NCBI GenBank assembly: GCA_026415775.1
Contig: JAOAGL010000001.1
Span: forward strand, 270,233-334,232
Direction: 5' to 3'
Length of the DNA stretch: 64,000 nt
Source: Patescibacteria group bacterium
GTDB taxonomy: Bacteria > Patescibacteriota > Minisyncoccia > UBA6257 > JAAZHW01
Under the pieces are notes generated by a model. The model had not been told where the DNA came from and ran no database searches. It saw only the letters and a list, made by a program, of their open reading frames with translations. Below, piece after piece: positions 27,971 through 38,669 of the stretch (within the stretch, counting starts at the first letter, position 1; each line of letters starts with the position of its first letter). A program made the position numbers and the translations under genes.

Positions 27971-29050
27971 ATGATGTTCGCTCTTATTTTTATTATTTCT
28001 TTAAATATTTTAATTTTTATCCACGAACTGGGGCATTTTTTAGTTGCTAAGAAAAAAGGGTTAAAAGTGGAAGAGTTTGGCTTGGGGATACCGCCGAGAA
28101 TTTTTGGCATAAAAAAAGGAGAAACGATTTATTCAATTAATGCCTTGCCAATAGGAGGTTTTGTTAAAATTTATGGGGAAGATGGCTCTAATGCTGACAA
28201 AAAAGAGAGTTTTGCTAATCGATCGGCTGGAACGCGTATTAAAATTTTAGCTGCTGGAGTATTTATGAATTTAATTTTTGGGATTGTTCTTTTTATTGCT
28301 GGATTTAATATTGGTATTCCAGCCGTGGTAGAGAGCCAGAGCCTTGCGTTTATGAAGGATATTAAAACTTCTATTTTGGAGGTTCAGAAAAATTCTCCAG
28401 CCGAAGCGGCAGGCTTGAGAATGGGTGATAGAATTTTATTACTTCAAAAAGGAGAAGAAATTATTGAAAATCCAACAGTTGAAGAATTGCAGCAATTTAC
28501 TAAAAAATACGCGGGCCAAACAATTGTTTTAAATATTGAACGCGGAAAGGAAAATTTGATTATTGAGGTGACCCCGCGGGAGAAAATTAGTGAAAATGAA
28601 GGTCCTCTGGGAGTTGTTGTTGGAGAAACAGGTTTTCTTAAATACCCTTTCTGGAGAAGTGTTTGGGAAGGGTTTAAGGCGGGTATTTCTTTATTTGCAA
28701 ATGTATTTGTAATGCTTTTTATTTTTCTGAAATCTTTGATTTTTCAAGGAAAAATGATTGGGGAAGTGGCTGGGCCGGTGGGTATTACAGTTTTAGGAAC
28801 GCAAGTTTTGAAATTGGGTCTCGCATATTTTATTCAATTTTTAGCAACACTCTCAATATATCTAGCGGCTATTAATTTAGTGCCATTTCCTGCATTAGAT
28901 GGCAGTCGCATCTTTTTTATTTTATTAGAAAAAATTCGAGGCAAGGCGGTAGCAACTAAAACTGAAAATTTAATTCATACAATAGGTTTCGCAATTTTAT
29001 TGCTGATTTTTTTCGTGATTACTTATCGCGACATTGTTAAACTATTTTAA
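27971..29050 (+). CDS. rseP: RIP site-2 zinc metalloprotease RseP-like
   Basis: HExxH 'IHELGHFLVAKK' in TM1, a PDZ-like middle (..SPAEAAGLRMGDRIL..), and C-terminal 'NLVPFPALDGS'. Confidence 0.75.
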   Translation: MMFALIFIISLNILIFIHELGHFLVAKKKGLKVEEFGLGIPPRIFGIKKGETIYSINALPIGGFVKIYGEDGSNADKKESFANRSAGTRIKILAAGVFMNLIFGIVLFIAGFNIGIPAVVESQSLAFMKDIKTSILEVQKNSPAEAAGLRMGDRILLLQKGEEIIENPTVEELQQFTKKYAGQTIVLNIERGKENLIIEVTPREKISENEGPLGVVVGETGFLKYPFWRSVWEGFKAGISLFANVFVMLFIFLKSLIFQGKMIGEVAGPVGITVLGTQVLKLGLAYFIQFLATLSIYLAAINLVPFPALDGSRIFFILLEKIRGKAVATKTENLIHTIGFAILLLIFFVITYRDIVKLF

Positions 29051-29097
29051 GGTCAAATTGAAAAAAATATAAAAAGTTATAAAATAAAAATAACACT

Positions 29098-30369
29098 ATG
29101 TTGCAGTCACAATTATTTTCTAAAGTTAGCAGAGATTTTCCAAAAGACGAGGTTTCAGTAAATGCGAAGTTATTAATTCGAGGAGGATTTGTTGACAAAG
29201 TGATGTCTGGCGTTTTTGTTTATTTACCATTAGGTTGGCGAGTTTATAAAAAAATAGAACAAATTATTAGAGAAGAAATGGTAGCTATAGGAGGTCAGGA
29301 AGTCTTCCTTTCAGTTTTAATGCCTAAGGAGTTGTGGCAAAAGACTGGTCGTTGGGATTCGTTTGGTGATGCTTTAATGAAGGTTAAAGACCGTTCTGAT
29401 AAGGAATATGTTTTGGGTCCGACACATGAAGAAATGATTGCCGAATTAGTAAGAAAAAATATTCATACTTATCGTGATTTACCAAAAGCTATTTTCCAAA
29501 TTCAAGATAAGTTTCGCGATGAACCAAGAGCAAAATCTGGTTTGTTGCGCGGCAAGGAATTTATGATGAAAGACTTGTATAGTTTTCATGCCACGCAGCA
29601 AGATTTGGATAATTATTATGAAGAGGCAAAGAAAGCTTATTTTAGAATTTTTTCGCGTTGCGGTTTAAAATCTTTTGCCGTTGAAGCTTCGGGCGGAGGA
29701 TTTACCAAAGAAAGGGTGCACGAGTTTATGGTTAAAACCCCAGCGGGCGAAGATATTACCGTTTTATGCGAATTGTGCGGCTTTGCCCAAAATAAACAAT
29801 TAGGTGAATATAAAGCTAAAAAAACTTGTCCTCAATGTGGCGGTCTTCTTAAAGAAGAAAAAACGGTTGAGGTGGGAAATATCTTTAAATTAGGTACCAA
29901 ATTCAGCGAGGACATCGGCGCGTATTTTATTGATCGTGATGGCAAGAAAAAGGCAGTGATTATGGGATGTTATGGAATAGGAGTCGGTCGTTTAATGGGA
30001 ACGGTTGTTGAAGTTTATCATGACGACAAAGGTATTGTTTGGCCGTTAAGTGTCGCTCCCTTTGCGGTTCATTTGATAAAAATTAATAATCCCGATGAGA
30101 AAATTGATAGAAAAATAAAGAAAGAAGCAGAAAAGGCTTATAATATCTTATTAAAGAATCAAATTGAAGTTTTATATGATGATCGTATGGATTTTTCTGC
30201 TGGCGAAAAATTAATAGAAGCTGATTTAATTGGCATTCCTTATCGAGCAATAATTAGCGAAAAAACCCTTCAAAAGCAATCAATTGAAATTAAAAGTCGA
30301 AATAGTGATAAGATAGAATTTATTAAATTATCACAACTGGGAAATTATTTTAAAAAAATCTTAAAATAA
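29098..30369 (+). CDS. proS: proline--tRNA ligase (short form, no INS editing domain)
   Basis: Class II motif 2 region 'FRDEPRAKSGLLRGKEFMMKDLYSFH' is ProRS-like. A Cys4 insertion and a C-terminal anticodon-binding domain are present. 423 aa. Confidence 0.7.
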   Translation: MLQSQLFSKVSRDFPKDEVSVNAKLLIRGGFVDKVMSGVFVYLPLGWRVYKKIEQIIREEMVAIGGQEVFLSVLMPKELWQKTGRWDSFGDALMKVKDRSDKEYVLGPTHEEMIAELVRKNIHTYRDLPKAIFQIQDKFRDEPRAKSGLLRGKEFMMKDLYSFHATQQDLDNYYEEAKKAYFRIFSRCGLKSFAVEASGGGFTKERVHEFMVKTPAGEDITVLCELCGFAQNKQLGEYKAKKTCPQCGGLLKEEKTVEVGNIFKLGTKFSEDIGAYFIDRDGKKKAVIMGCYGIGVGRLMGTVVEVYHDDKGIVWPLSVAPFAVHLIKINNPDEKIDRKIKKEAEKAYNILLKNQIEVLYDDRMDFSAGEKLIEADLIGIPYRAIISEKTLQKQSIEIKSRNSDKIEFIKLSQLGNYFKKILK

Positions 30370-30370
30370 T

Positions 30371-31423
30371 ATGTTTAAAAAAATATTAGCCAAATTATCG
30401 CCGGGTTTAGGAATTGATTTGGGAACAGCCAATTCACTTGTTTATTTAGAAAAAGAAGGGATAGTCATAAATGAACCATCTGTAGTGGCTTACAATCAAA
30501 AAACAGGTGAGATTTTAGCGATTGGTAAAGAGGCGCAGGCAATGATAGGGCGGACGCCGCCGCATATTGCGGCTGTTCAACCATTAACAAATGGGGTTAT
30601 TTCCGATTTTGAATTAACAGAAGAAATGCTCAAATATTTTTATAAGAAATTTCGCAAATCAAAAATGGGAATTTTACCTTATCGTCCGAGGGTTGTTATT
30701 GGAGTTCCTTGCGGTATTACTGAAGTTGAAAGAAAAGCGGTTGCTGATGCGGCTTTGAATGCTGGAGCGGGGGAAATATATTTAATTGAAGAGGCGTTGG
30801 CTGCGGCCATCGGCAGTCATATACCCATTTTTGAACCATCAGGAAATATTTTGGTTGATATTGGCGGCGGGACAACTGATATTGTCGTTGTTTCATTGGG
30901 TGGTATTGTACGGTATAAAAATTTAAAAATCGCCGGGCAGAAATTCAACGAAGATATTATTAGATATGTAAAAGATGAATATCGATTATTAATTGGAGAA
31001 ATGACCGCAGAGCAAATTAAATTAGAAATAGGAGCGGCAAAAATTAATGGCATGGAGAAAAGGGAAGCTATTGCGCGAGGGCGGGATTTGGCTACTGGTT
31101 TGCCGAAAGAAATTGTTTTAACAACTGATGAAATTGCTAAAGCATTAGACAAATCGTTGAAAGTTTTAATAGAGGCCATTCGTTTAACTATTGAAGAAAC
31201 ACCCCCAGAATTAGTTGCTGATATTTCGACAAAAAGTATTTGGTTGTCTGGCGGTGGTAGTTTGTTGCGAAACCTGGATCGTTTAATTGAAAATTATTGT
31301 GGGATGCCGGTTAAATTAGTCGATGATCCATTAACTGCTACTGTTAGAGGTTTGGGTATGGTTGTTGAGGATTTAGAAAAGTACAAGAATATTGTGAGTT
31401 ATGAATCACAAACAAAAGAATAA
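30371..31423 (+). CDS. mreB: rod shape-determining protein MreB (copy 2, heads the mreBCD-mrdA operon)
   Basis: 'GIDLGTANSLVYL', 'DIGGGTTDIVVVSLGG', 'GGGSLLRNLD'. About 45% identical to copy 1. Confidence 0.8.
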   Translation: MFKKILAKLSPGLGIDLGTANSLVYLEKEGIVINEPSVVAYNQKTGEILAIGKEAQAMIGRTPPHIAAVQPLTNGVISDFELTEEMLKYFYKKFRKSKMGILPYRPRVVIGVPCGITEVERKAVADAALNAGAGEIYLIEEALAAAIGSHIPIFEPSGNILVDIGGGTTDIVVVSLGGIVRYKNLKIAGQKFNEDIIRYVKDEYRLLIGEMTAEQIKLEIGAAKINGMEKREAIARGRDLATGLPKEIVLTTDEIAKALDKSLKVLIEAIRLTIEETPPELVADISTKSIWLSGGGSLLRNLDRLIENYCGMPVKLVDDPLTATVRGLGMVVEDLEKYKNIVSYESQTKE

Positions 31424-32180
31424 TCTAATAATTTTGATTATTATTTATTGGATTTTTTTGAATCTCCAATTTGTTTCAGCAGCAACAGAATCCAAAACTT
31501 TCTTTGAAAATTGGAGAACATTTTTTTTAAACGTGGTCAAAAACATAGATTATTGGATTAACGGCGTAATTAAATACAAAGATATTCAAGAAGAAAATAA
31601 TTTTTTAATTTTTCAAAATCGGGCATTAAAATCGCTTTTAATTGAATATCAGGATTTAAAATATGAAAACGAACTTTTGAAGGATGCCCTGCAATTAAAA
31701 AAATCAAAAAATCTTAATTTCGTTTTGGCGAATATTGTCGGGCGTTCACCATTAAATTTTTCGCAAACATTTATTATTGATAAGGGGGAAGAGGATGGTA
31801 TCAAAGTCGGACAGATAATCGTGTGGGCTGGAAAAACTTTGGTGGGAGAAGTTATAGATGTTTCGAAGAGTTTTAGCACCGCAAGGGCAATTACCGATTC
31901 AGATTTTAAAGCCGCAGTTTTTGTAGGTGAAAAGAAAAGCGAAGGACTTTTTAAGGGGAATGGTTTTTTGGAGCCTCGCATTGACCTCATACCTGTTAAG
32001 GAAGAAATTAATGCCGGTGATGTTGTATATACTTCCGGTTTGGATAATAAATTTATAAAAAATTTATATATTGGAGAAGTAGAAGAAGCGGTGAAGCCCG
32101 CTGGTAAAGTTTTTCAAGAAATAAAGGTAAAACCAGCTGTTGATTGGACAAAATTATACCAAGTACTAGTTATTCTTTAA
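31401..32180 (+). CDS. mreC: rod shape-determining protein MreC
   Basis: N-terminal TM, coiled coil (ENNFLIFQNRALKSLLIEYQDLKYENELLK), then a beta domain 'IVGRSPLNFSQTFIIDKGEEDGIKVGQIIV'. Positioned between mreB and mreD. Confidence 0.6.
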   Translation: MNHKQKNNLIILIIIYWIFLNLQFVSAATESKTFFENWRTFFLNVVKNIDYWINGVIKYKDIQEENNFLIFQNRALKSLLIEYQDLKYENELLKDALQLKKSKNLNFVLANIVGRSPLNFSQTFIIDKGEEDGIKVGQIIVWAGKTLVGEVIDVSKSFSTARAITDSDFKAAVFVGEKKSEGLFKGNGFLEPRIDLIPVKEEINAGDVVYTSGLDNKFIKNLYIGEVEEAVKPAGKVFQEIKVKPAVDWTKLYQVLVIL

Positions 32181-32184
32181 GACA

Positions 32185-32703
32185 ATGAAAAAAAATATAA
32201 GAGATTTTTTTAAAATAATTATTTTCGGTTTTTTTATTGGTTTTTTAGCGTTATTGCAAATAACTTTTATTAATTGGTTTGATATTTTTGGCGTTAAAAT
32301 AAATCTTGTTCTTATGGGGCTTTTGGCTAATATTTTTAATCCCAGCTGGATGTTAGTTCTTTTCGGTGTTTTTATTGGAGGTTTTATCTATGATTTTACA
32401 AGCCTTTTTAATTTTAGTTATTTAATTAGCTTCTTGGTTCTCGTATTGCTATTTAGATTTTTTGGGAGAAAATATTTAGTAGAAAAACACTTATTTTTAA
32501 ATTTTTTTATTGGTTTTTTGGGGACCATTGTTTTTAATTTTTTCTACGTATTAATCAATTACATTTTTTTTCAAAATAACTTTTTTAATTATTTTTTAAG
32601 TTGGCGGCATCTTTTAGAAATCGGGATAAATTCACTACTAGTTTTTATTTTAGGATTAATGGGGGAATTTTTTAAATTAATTGTAAAGATGATTAAAAAA
32701 TAA
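32185..32703 (+). CDS. mreD: rod shape-determining protein MreD-like polytopic membrane protein
   Basis: About 5 TM helices, 172 aa, located between mreC and mrdA. Confidence 0.45.
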   Translation: MKKNIRDFFKIIIFGFFIGFLALLQITFINWFDIFGVKINLVLMGLLANIFNPSWMLVLFGVFIGGFIYDFTSLFNFSYLISFLVLVLLFRFFGRKYLVEKHLFLNFFIGFLGTIVFNFFYVLINYIFFQNNFFNYFLSWRHLLEIGINSLLVFILGLMGEFFKLIVKMIKK

Positions 32704-32704
32704 A

Positions 32705-34633
32705 ATGAAGTTACATCTTAAAAAAAATAAAAAAATAAAAAGAGAAAGTGATTTTTTAGAGGCGGAGGAGATTTTATTTAATAAAGAAGCCCTTTCTAAA
32801 TTAAGCGACTTGGAAGAAACGCAGAGATTAGAATTAGATATTGGTCGATGGGGGTTAGATTTATTGTTGGTCATTTTTCTTTTTTTTATTATTTTCTCTT
32901 TTGGGTGGGTGGTTGTTTTAAATTTTTCAAAAGGAAAAGAACTAACATTGGCCGCACAGCAGAATGCCATAACTTCTATCCCGATTATTGCCAATAGGGG
33001 TTTAATTTTTGATCGATTTAATAAAGAGCTGGTTTATAATCAAGAGGTTTTTGATTTAATTCTTTTCCCCGCTTATTTGCCCACGGACAAAAAGGAAAGA
33101 GAGGAATTTTTAAAGAAAATTAAAGAAGATGAAGAAATTGCCGTTTCTTTATCAGAGGAAAAATTAGAAGAAAATAAAAATCTTGAACCGATTGTTTTAA
33201 AGAGTAATTTGTCGCGAGAAGAAGCAATAAAATATGAAAGTTATTTTGCTGATGCGGCCGCTATTCAAGTGATGAAACAAAATTTAAGACAATACCAAAA
33301 CAGCTTTGCTTTTAGTCACATTCTAGGCTATACGGGTCGTGTTTCCAAAGAGGATCTAGAGAAAAACCCTTATTATCAGAGATTTATTAAAATCGGAAAA
33401 AATGGACTAGAAGCTTTTTATGAGGATTATTTAAAAGGCGAGAATGGAGAAATTAAAATCTTACGCAATGCGGCAATGGAAATTCTTAATGAAGGAGTGG
33501 TAAAAGAACCAATCGATGGTAATAATTTATATTTAACAATAGACGCTGAGCTTCAGCAGTATAGTTATAACCGTTTGGCTCAACAGATAAAAAATTTAGG
33601 AATTAAACCGAGGGGAGGTGTGGTAATTATAACCAATCCAAATTCTGGTGAAATTTTATCACTTGTGAGTTATCCCGGTTACGATATCAACCTTTTTTCT
33701 AAGGGCATTAGCGTCGAAGAGTTTCAAAAGCTAACCAATGATAATAGTAAGCCATTATTTAATAGGGCGATTTTGGGATTATACAACCCCGGTTCAACTA
33801 TCAAGCCGATTATGGCAATGGCTGCTTTGTTAGAAAACATCATTGATCCTTACAAAAAAATTGAAACTCATGGTTATATCACTATTCCCAATCCATATTT
33901 CCCTGATAAACCTTCAATTTTTGTTGATTGGCGCAATAATGGTTATGTTAATATGATTGATGCAATCGCACGATCCAGCAACGTTTATTTTTATATTATC
34001 GGCGGCGGCTATGAAAATTATCAAGGATTGGGGATTGCGAAAATCAAAAAATATTTAGAGGAATTTCAATTTAATTTTATTACAGGAATTGATTTGCCAG
34101 CGGAAAAAATTGGTTATATTCCCGATGAAAAAACCAAAGAATCTTGGCGTGTAGGCGACACCTACAATGTTTCTATTGGCCAGGGCGATTTAACAACAAC
34201 TCCAATTCGTTTAATTACGAGTTTAAATTCCTTGATTAATAATGGTCGTTTATTAAGGCCGTATCTTGTGAAATATATCAACACCAACAACAATCAAATT
34301 ATTTTACAAAACAACCCCCAAGTTATTAAAGAAAATTTTCTTAATCCAAACTACTTAAAAATTGTAAAAGAGGGTATGGGGCAAACAGTAAAAAGCGCTA
34401 TGGGAACAGCGCATATTTTGGCTGATTTGCCATTCAGCGTTGGAGGAAAAAGCGGAAGCGCTCAAACTGCTGGTAATACAAAAATAAATGCTTTATTTTA
34501 TGGTTTTGCTCCTTTTGAAAATCCGCAAATTTCCATTCTTGTTTTAATTGAAGATGTTCCAGAGGGATCATTGAATGCCATTCCGGTGGTAAAAGATATT
34601 TTGTTGTGGTATTATAAAAACAGAGGATTTTAG
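32705..34633 (+). CDS. mrdA: penicillin-binding protein 2 (peptidoglycan D,D-transpeptidase)
   Basis: Transpeptidase motifs SxxK 'GSTIKP', SxN 'RSSN' and KSG 'GGKSGSAQT'. N-terminal TM and dimerisation domain. Confidence 0.8.
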   Translation: MKLHLKKNKKIKRESDFLEAEEILFNKEALSKLSDLEETQRLELDIGRWGLDLLLVIFLFFIIFSFGWVVVLNFSKGKELTLAAQQNAITSIPIIANRGLIFDRFNKELVYNQEVFDLILFPAYLPTDKKEREEFLKKIKEDEEIAVSLSEEKLEENKNLEPIVLKSNLSREEAIKYESYFADAAAIQVMKQNLRQYQNSFAFSHILGYTGRVSKEDLEKNPYYQRFIKIGKNGLEAFYEDYLKGENGEIKILRNAAMEILNEGVVKEPIDGNNLYLTIDAELQQYSYNRLAQQIKNLGIKPRGGVVIITNPNSGEILSLVSYPGYDINLFSKGISVEEFQKLTNDNSKPLFNRAILGLYNPGSTIKPIMAMAALLENIIDPYKKIETHGYITIPNPYFPDKPSIFVDWRNNGYVNMIDAIARSSNVYFYIIGGGYENYQGLGIAKIKKYLEEFQFNFITGIDLPAEKIGYIPDEKTKESWRVGDTYNVSIGQGDLTTTPIRLITSLNSLINNGRLLRPYLVKYINTNNNQIILQNNPQVIKENFLNPNYLKIVKEGMGQTVKSAMGTAHILADLPFSVGGKSGSAQTAGNTKINALFYGFAPFENPQISILVLIEDVPEGSLNAIPVVKDILLWYYKNRGF

Positions 34634-34679
34634 GTCGGTTACTGTCAGGGTCTTTAAGAGATCGTTTTTTTATTTTATT

Positions 34680-35147
34680 ATGAGCGAGAAAATATATTTA
34701 TCTAAAGAAAAATACGAAGAACTACAAAAAGAATTGGAAGAAAGAAAAACAAAAATTCGCAATAAAATTGCCAATGATTTAAAACACGCTAAAGAACTTG
34801 GTGATTTATCAGAAAATGCGGCTTATGCCGAAGCAAAAGAAGCAAAACAAAAAAATGACCAGCGAATCGCCGAATTGGAAAATATATTGCATAATTGCGT
34901 TGTTATTGAAAAACAAGAAAAAAATGATAAAGTAAATATAGGTTCAAAAGTAAAATTAGAAGATGAATCAGGAAATATTTTAGAGTACACCATAGTTGGT
35001 TCGTTAGAAAGCGATCCCGCTAATAAGTGCATTTCTTTTAAATCGCCATTGGGGGAATCATTATTGAATAAAAAAGCGGGAGAAGAAATAAAATTTTGTG
35101 GTCCAAATAATAATTGCAAAAAATACAAAATTTTAGAGATTAACTAA
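34680..35147 (+). CDS. greA: transcription elongation factor GreA
   Basis: 'AKELGDLSENAAYAEAKEAKQKNDQRIAELENIL' coiled-coil finger and a C-terminal FKBP-like domain. Confidence 0.8.
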   Translation: MSEKIYLSKEKYEELQKELEERKTKIRNKIANDLKHAKELGDLSENAAYAEAKEAKQKNDQRIAELENILHNCVVIEKQEKNDKVNIGSKVKLEDESGNILEYTIVGSLESDPANKCISFKSPLGESLLNKKAGEEIKFCGPNNNCKKYKILEIN

Positions 35148-35149
35148 TT

Positions 35150-36628
35150 ATGTCTACCGCTGATCAAATTAAAAAATTGAGATTGAAAAAAATAGCGGAA
35201 TTGACCAAAAACGGTGAGTTAATTTATCCTAGTCAATCGAGAAAAAATTCTTCCATTGGGGAGGTTTTGCTGCATTTTGAAAAATGGAGCAAAAAAAGAA
35301 AAAAGGTTTGTTTGGCGGGGAGAATTATGAGCTTGCGATTCCACGGAGGAATAATTTTTATTGATTTAAGAGACGGTAGTGGAAATATACAATTAGTTTT
35401 TAAGAAAGGCGAAACAAAAAATTTTGAAAACGTTGAAAATTATTTTGATGTTAGCGATTTTATTGAGGTTGATGGATATCCTTTTCAAACACAGCGCGGA
35501 GAAAAAAGTTTGATGGTTTTGGGTTGGGGATTATTAGCTAAGAGCTTAAAACCTCTACCATCAGAATGGTATGGTTTAAAAGATGTTGAAGAAAGATTTC
35601 GCAAACGTTATCTTGATATAGCTCTAAATAAAGAGATAAAAAATAGATTTAATTTGCGAGCAAAAATTATTCAGGCGCTTAGAGAATTTTTAGAGAAAAA
35701 CGAATTCATAGAAGTTGAAACACCAATATTACAAACTCTTCATGGCGGAGCTTTGGCGCGTCCTTTTAAAACCAAACTCAATGCTCTAAATATGCCCCTT
35801 TATTTAAGAATTGCGCCCGAGCTCTATTTAAAAAGATTACTCGTGGGCGGGTTTGAGAAAATTTATGAAATTGGTAAGTGTTTTCGAAATGAAGGCATTG
35901 ATAAAACACATAATCCTGAATTTACAATGATGGAGCTGTATTGGGCATATCAAAATTATGAAGGGTTGATGAATTTTATTGAAGAATTGATTATGTTTAT
36001 TTTAAAAAAGACTTTTTCTGATAGTAGCAACCCTCTGCTTTTAGTTTACGACAACAAAACAATTAATTTTGAACCGCCATGGCCAAGAATTAATTTTCTA
36101 GATTTAATTAAGAAAAAAACTAATCTAGATCCAAACATTCATAATGAAAAAGAAATTTTAGCGTTTTTGCAGAGTCGGGGAGTGGAAATAAAAGAAGAGA
36201 TGAAGAATCAAAATAAATGGGAACTTCTTGATGAAGTTTATAAAAAAATATGTATGGAAGAGATTATCCAACCTACATTTATCATTCATCATCCTGTGGC
36301 ATTATCTCCATTGGCAAAAATTCGACAAGAAAACAGAGATGAAACAGAGCGATTTCAATTAGTTGTGGCTGGTATCGAATTTGTTAATGGCTACTCAGAA
36401 TTAAATGATCCCGTTGATCAGGCTAAAAGATTTAAAAATCAAGAACAAAGAAGAAGAGCCGGAAATGAAGAAGCGTCGCCGTTTGATAAGGATTTTATTG
36501 AGGCGCTTGAATATGGTATGCCACCAACCGCTGGTGTGGGTATTGGTATCGATCGTTTGGTGATGCTTTTAACTAATGCGCCTTCAATTAAAGAGGTCAT
36601 TTTCTTTCCTTTTATGAAAAATAAATAA
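35150..36628 (+). CDS. lysS: lysine--tRNA ligase (class II)
   Basis: OB-fold N-domain and class II motifs ('FRNEGIDKTHNPEFTMMELYWAY', 'GIGIDRLVMLLT'). Confidence 0.9.
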   Translation: MSTADQIKKLRLKKIAELTKNGELIYPSQSRKNSSIGEVLLHFEKWSKKRKKVCLAGRIMSLRFHGGIIFIDLRDGSGNIQLVFKKGETKNFENVENYFDVSDFIEVDGYPFQTQRGEKSLMVLGWGLLAKSLKPLPSEWYGLKDVEERFRKRYLDIALNKEIKNRFNLRAKIIQALREFLEKNEFIEVETPILQTLHGGALARPFKTKLNALNMPLYLRIAPELYLKRLLVGGFEKIYEIGKCFRNEGIDKTHNPEFTMMELYWAYQNYEGLMNFIEELIMFILKKTFSDSSNPLLLVYDNKTINFEPPWPRINFLDLIKKKTNLDPNIHNEKEILAFLQSRGVEIKEEMKNQNKWELLDEVYKKICMEEIIQPTFIIHHPVALSPLAKIRQENRDETERFQLVVAGIEFVNGYSELNDPVDQAKRFKNQEQRRRAGNEEASPFDKDFIEALEYGMPPTAGVGIGIDRLVMLLTNAPSIKEVIFFPFMKNK

Positions 36629-36629
36629 T

Positions 36630-37868
36630 ATGCTCACGTATCTTTTAAAACAAATTAGGGAAAATCCTTCAATATTTGAAGATGGTTTGAATAAAAAGAA
36701 TAGAGATTCGGGGATTATTAAAAAAATTGTTGAGTTGGACAAGGATTACAGGAGTATTTTATCAGAAATAGAATTTCTAAGGGCTGAATTAAATATTTTA
36801 TCAAAAGAAGCTTCAAAGAATTTCAGTCAAGACCAACTAGAAAAAGCAAAAGCAACTAAACAACGCATTAAAGAATTAGAAAAAAATTTAGAGCCTCTGG
36901 AAAAACAATTAAATGAATTGCTTTATCGAATACCTAATATTCCATTGACAGATGTGCCTGTGGGTAAAGATGAAACAGAAAATGTTGTTTTGCGTGAAGT
37001 AGGTAAAAAACCTAATTTTAAATTTGAAGCAAAAGATTATTTGACTTTGGTTGAAGATAATTGGATTGATGTCAAAAGGGCGGCGAAAGTTTCAGGCACA
37101 CGTTTTGGTTATTTAAAAAATGAAGCGGTAATGATTGAATATGCTTTGGTTCGTTGGGTTATGCATTTTTTAAGAGAAAAAGGATTTATTCCTGTTGTCC
37201 CGCCTGCTCTAATTTTTTCTAAATCAATGAAAGCAATGGGTTATATTGATGAGGAAAAAGATTTAGCAGAGCGTTATTATTTCCCTCAAGATGATTTATT
37301 TTTGATTGGGACAGCAGAGCAGGCGATAGGACCAATGCACATGGACGAAGTCTTTGAAGAAAAACAATTACCCCTTCGCTATATTGCTTTCTCTCCTTGT
37401 TTTCGGAGAGAGGCTGGCTCTTATGGAAAGGACACAAAAGGTATTTGGCGTGTTCATTATTTTGAAAAATTAGAAATGTTTATTTTTTGTACTCCTGAAC
37501 AATCAGAAAAAGAGCATCAATTAATTTTATCTATTGAAGAAGAACTGATGCAGGCGTTGAAAATTCCTTATCGTGTTATTCAATTGTGCAGTGGAGATTT
37601 GGCAAATCCTTCAGCAAAAAGTTTTGATATTGAGGCGTGGTTGCCTTCTCAAAATCGTTATGCGGAAACCCATTCGTGTAGTAATTGTACAGATTTTCAA
37701 TCCCAACGTTTAAATATTCGTTATAAGAGTAAAAATGGTTTGCGTTTTGTTCATACTTTAAATGGTACTGCTTTTGCTATTGGTAGAATTTTAGTTGCCA
37801 TCATAGAGAATTATCAAAAAGAAGATGGTTCAATTGAAATTCCAGAGGTGCTCAAAAAGTATTTATAA
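36630..37868 (+). CDS. serS: serine--tRNA ligase
   Basis: N-terminal coiled-coil arm and class II core ('CFRREAGSYGKDTKGIWRVHYFEKLE', 'LNGTAFAIGRILVAIIEN'). Confidence 0.9.
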   Translation: MLTYLLKQIRENPSIFEDGLNKKNRDSGIIKKIVELDKDYRSILSEIEFLRAELNILSKEASKNFSQDQLEKAKATKQRIKELEKNLEPLEKQLNELLYRIPNIPLTDVPVGKDETENVVLREVGKKPNFKFEAKDYLTLVEDNWIDVKRAAKVSGTRFGYLKNEAVMIEYALVRWVMHFLREKGFIPVVPPALIFSKSMKAMGYIDEEKDLAERYYFPQDDLFLIGTAEQAIGPMHMDEVFEEKQLPLRYIAFSPCFRREAGSYGKDTKGIWRVHYFEKLEMFIFCTPEQSEKEHQLILSIEEELMQALKIPYRVIQLCSGDLANPSAKSFDIEAWLPSQNRYAETHSCSNCTDFQSQRLNIRYKSKNGLRFVHTLNGTAFAIGRILVAIIENYQKEDGSIEIPEVLKKYL

Positions 37869-37880
37869 TTTATAATATAT

Positions 37881-38666
37881 TTGATGCATGCGCGCTCCAT
37901 TAATACTTATCGTCTAAGACAAATTCAAAAACGACGTCAAAAAAAACGGCGGCTATTAATGACCTTTTTGATTTTAATAGTTTTTTTTGGAATATTCATT
38001 TCCATTCTTTATTCCAAAATTTTTCTTTTTCAGCGATTGATTATTGCCGGTAATAATTTAGTTTCAATTTCGGATGTTTATAGAAAAATCCAAGAGATAA
38101 ATAATAATCGAAAACTATTTTACCTTTTTGATTTAAGTGGAAACATTCTTTTTTGGAGTGATGATTTGTGTAATAAAATCAAAGAAACATCGCCCACTAT
38201 AGAGAGCGTGAACTGTCAAAAAGATTTTGTGAGTAAAACACTTAAAATCTCATTAAAAGAAAGAACCCCCCTTTTTTTATTTTATGACGAAATTTCAAAC
38301 CAGTATTTTTATGCAGATAAAGACGGCATTCTCTTTTATCAAATAAATCGCAACGATAAAGAGAATTTAATTTTAATTTATAATAAGGGGAATAACATTT
38401 ATCATTTAGGCGATAAATTAGCAATTGATTTGAAGCAAATTTTTGATTTAACTCAAATTATCAATAAAAAATTTAATTTCAAAAACTTCGAACTTACTAA
38501 TCAGGACATTATTGTAGTCTGCGACGGCGGCTTTAAAATTTTAATCAATCTTAATAAATTGTCGGAAACAACAAAATTCGTACCTAAATTATTAGAAAGC
38601 AATTTTGATTTCGGCAACTTAGAATATTTGGATTTAAGATTTTTGCCCAAAATTTATTATAAATAA
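37881..38666 (+). CDS. hypothetical N-terminally anchored membrane protein
   Basis: Basic N-terminus, one TM (LLMTFLILIVFFGIFISILY), ~200-aa extracytoplasmic domain. Possibly FtsQ/POTRA-like, but no motif supports this. Confidence 0.35.
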   Translation: MMHARSINTYRLRQIQKRRQKKRRLLMTFLILIVFFGIFISILYSKIFLFQRLIIAGNNLVSISDVYRKIQEINNNRKLFYLFDLSGNILFWSDDLCNKIKETSPTIESVNCQKDFVSKTLKISLKERTPLFLFYDEISNQYFYADKDGILFYQINRNDKENLILIYNKGNNIYHLGDKLAIDLKQIFDLTQIINKKFNFKNFELTNQDIIVVCDGGFKILINLNKLSETTKFVPKLLESNFDFGNLEYLDLRFLPKIYYK

Positions 38667-38669
38667 TTT

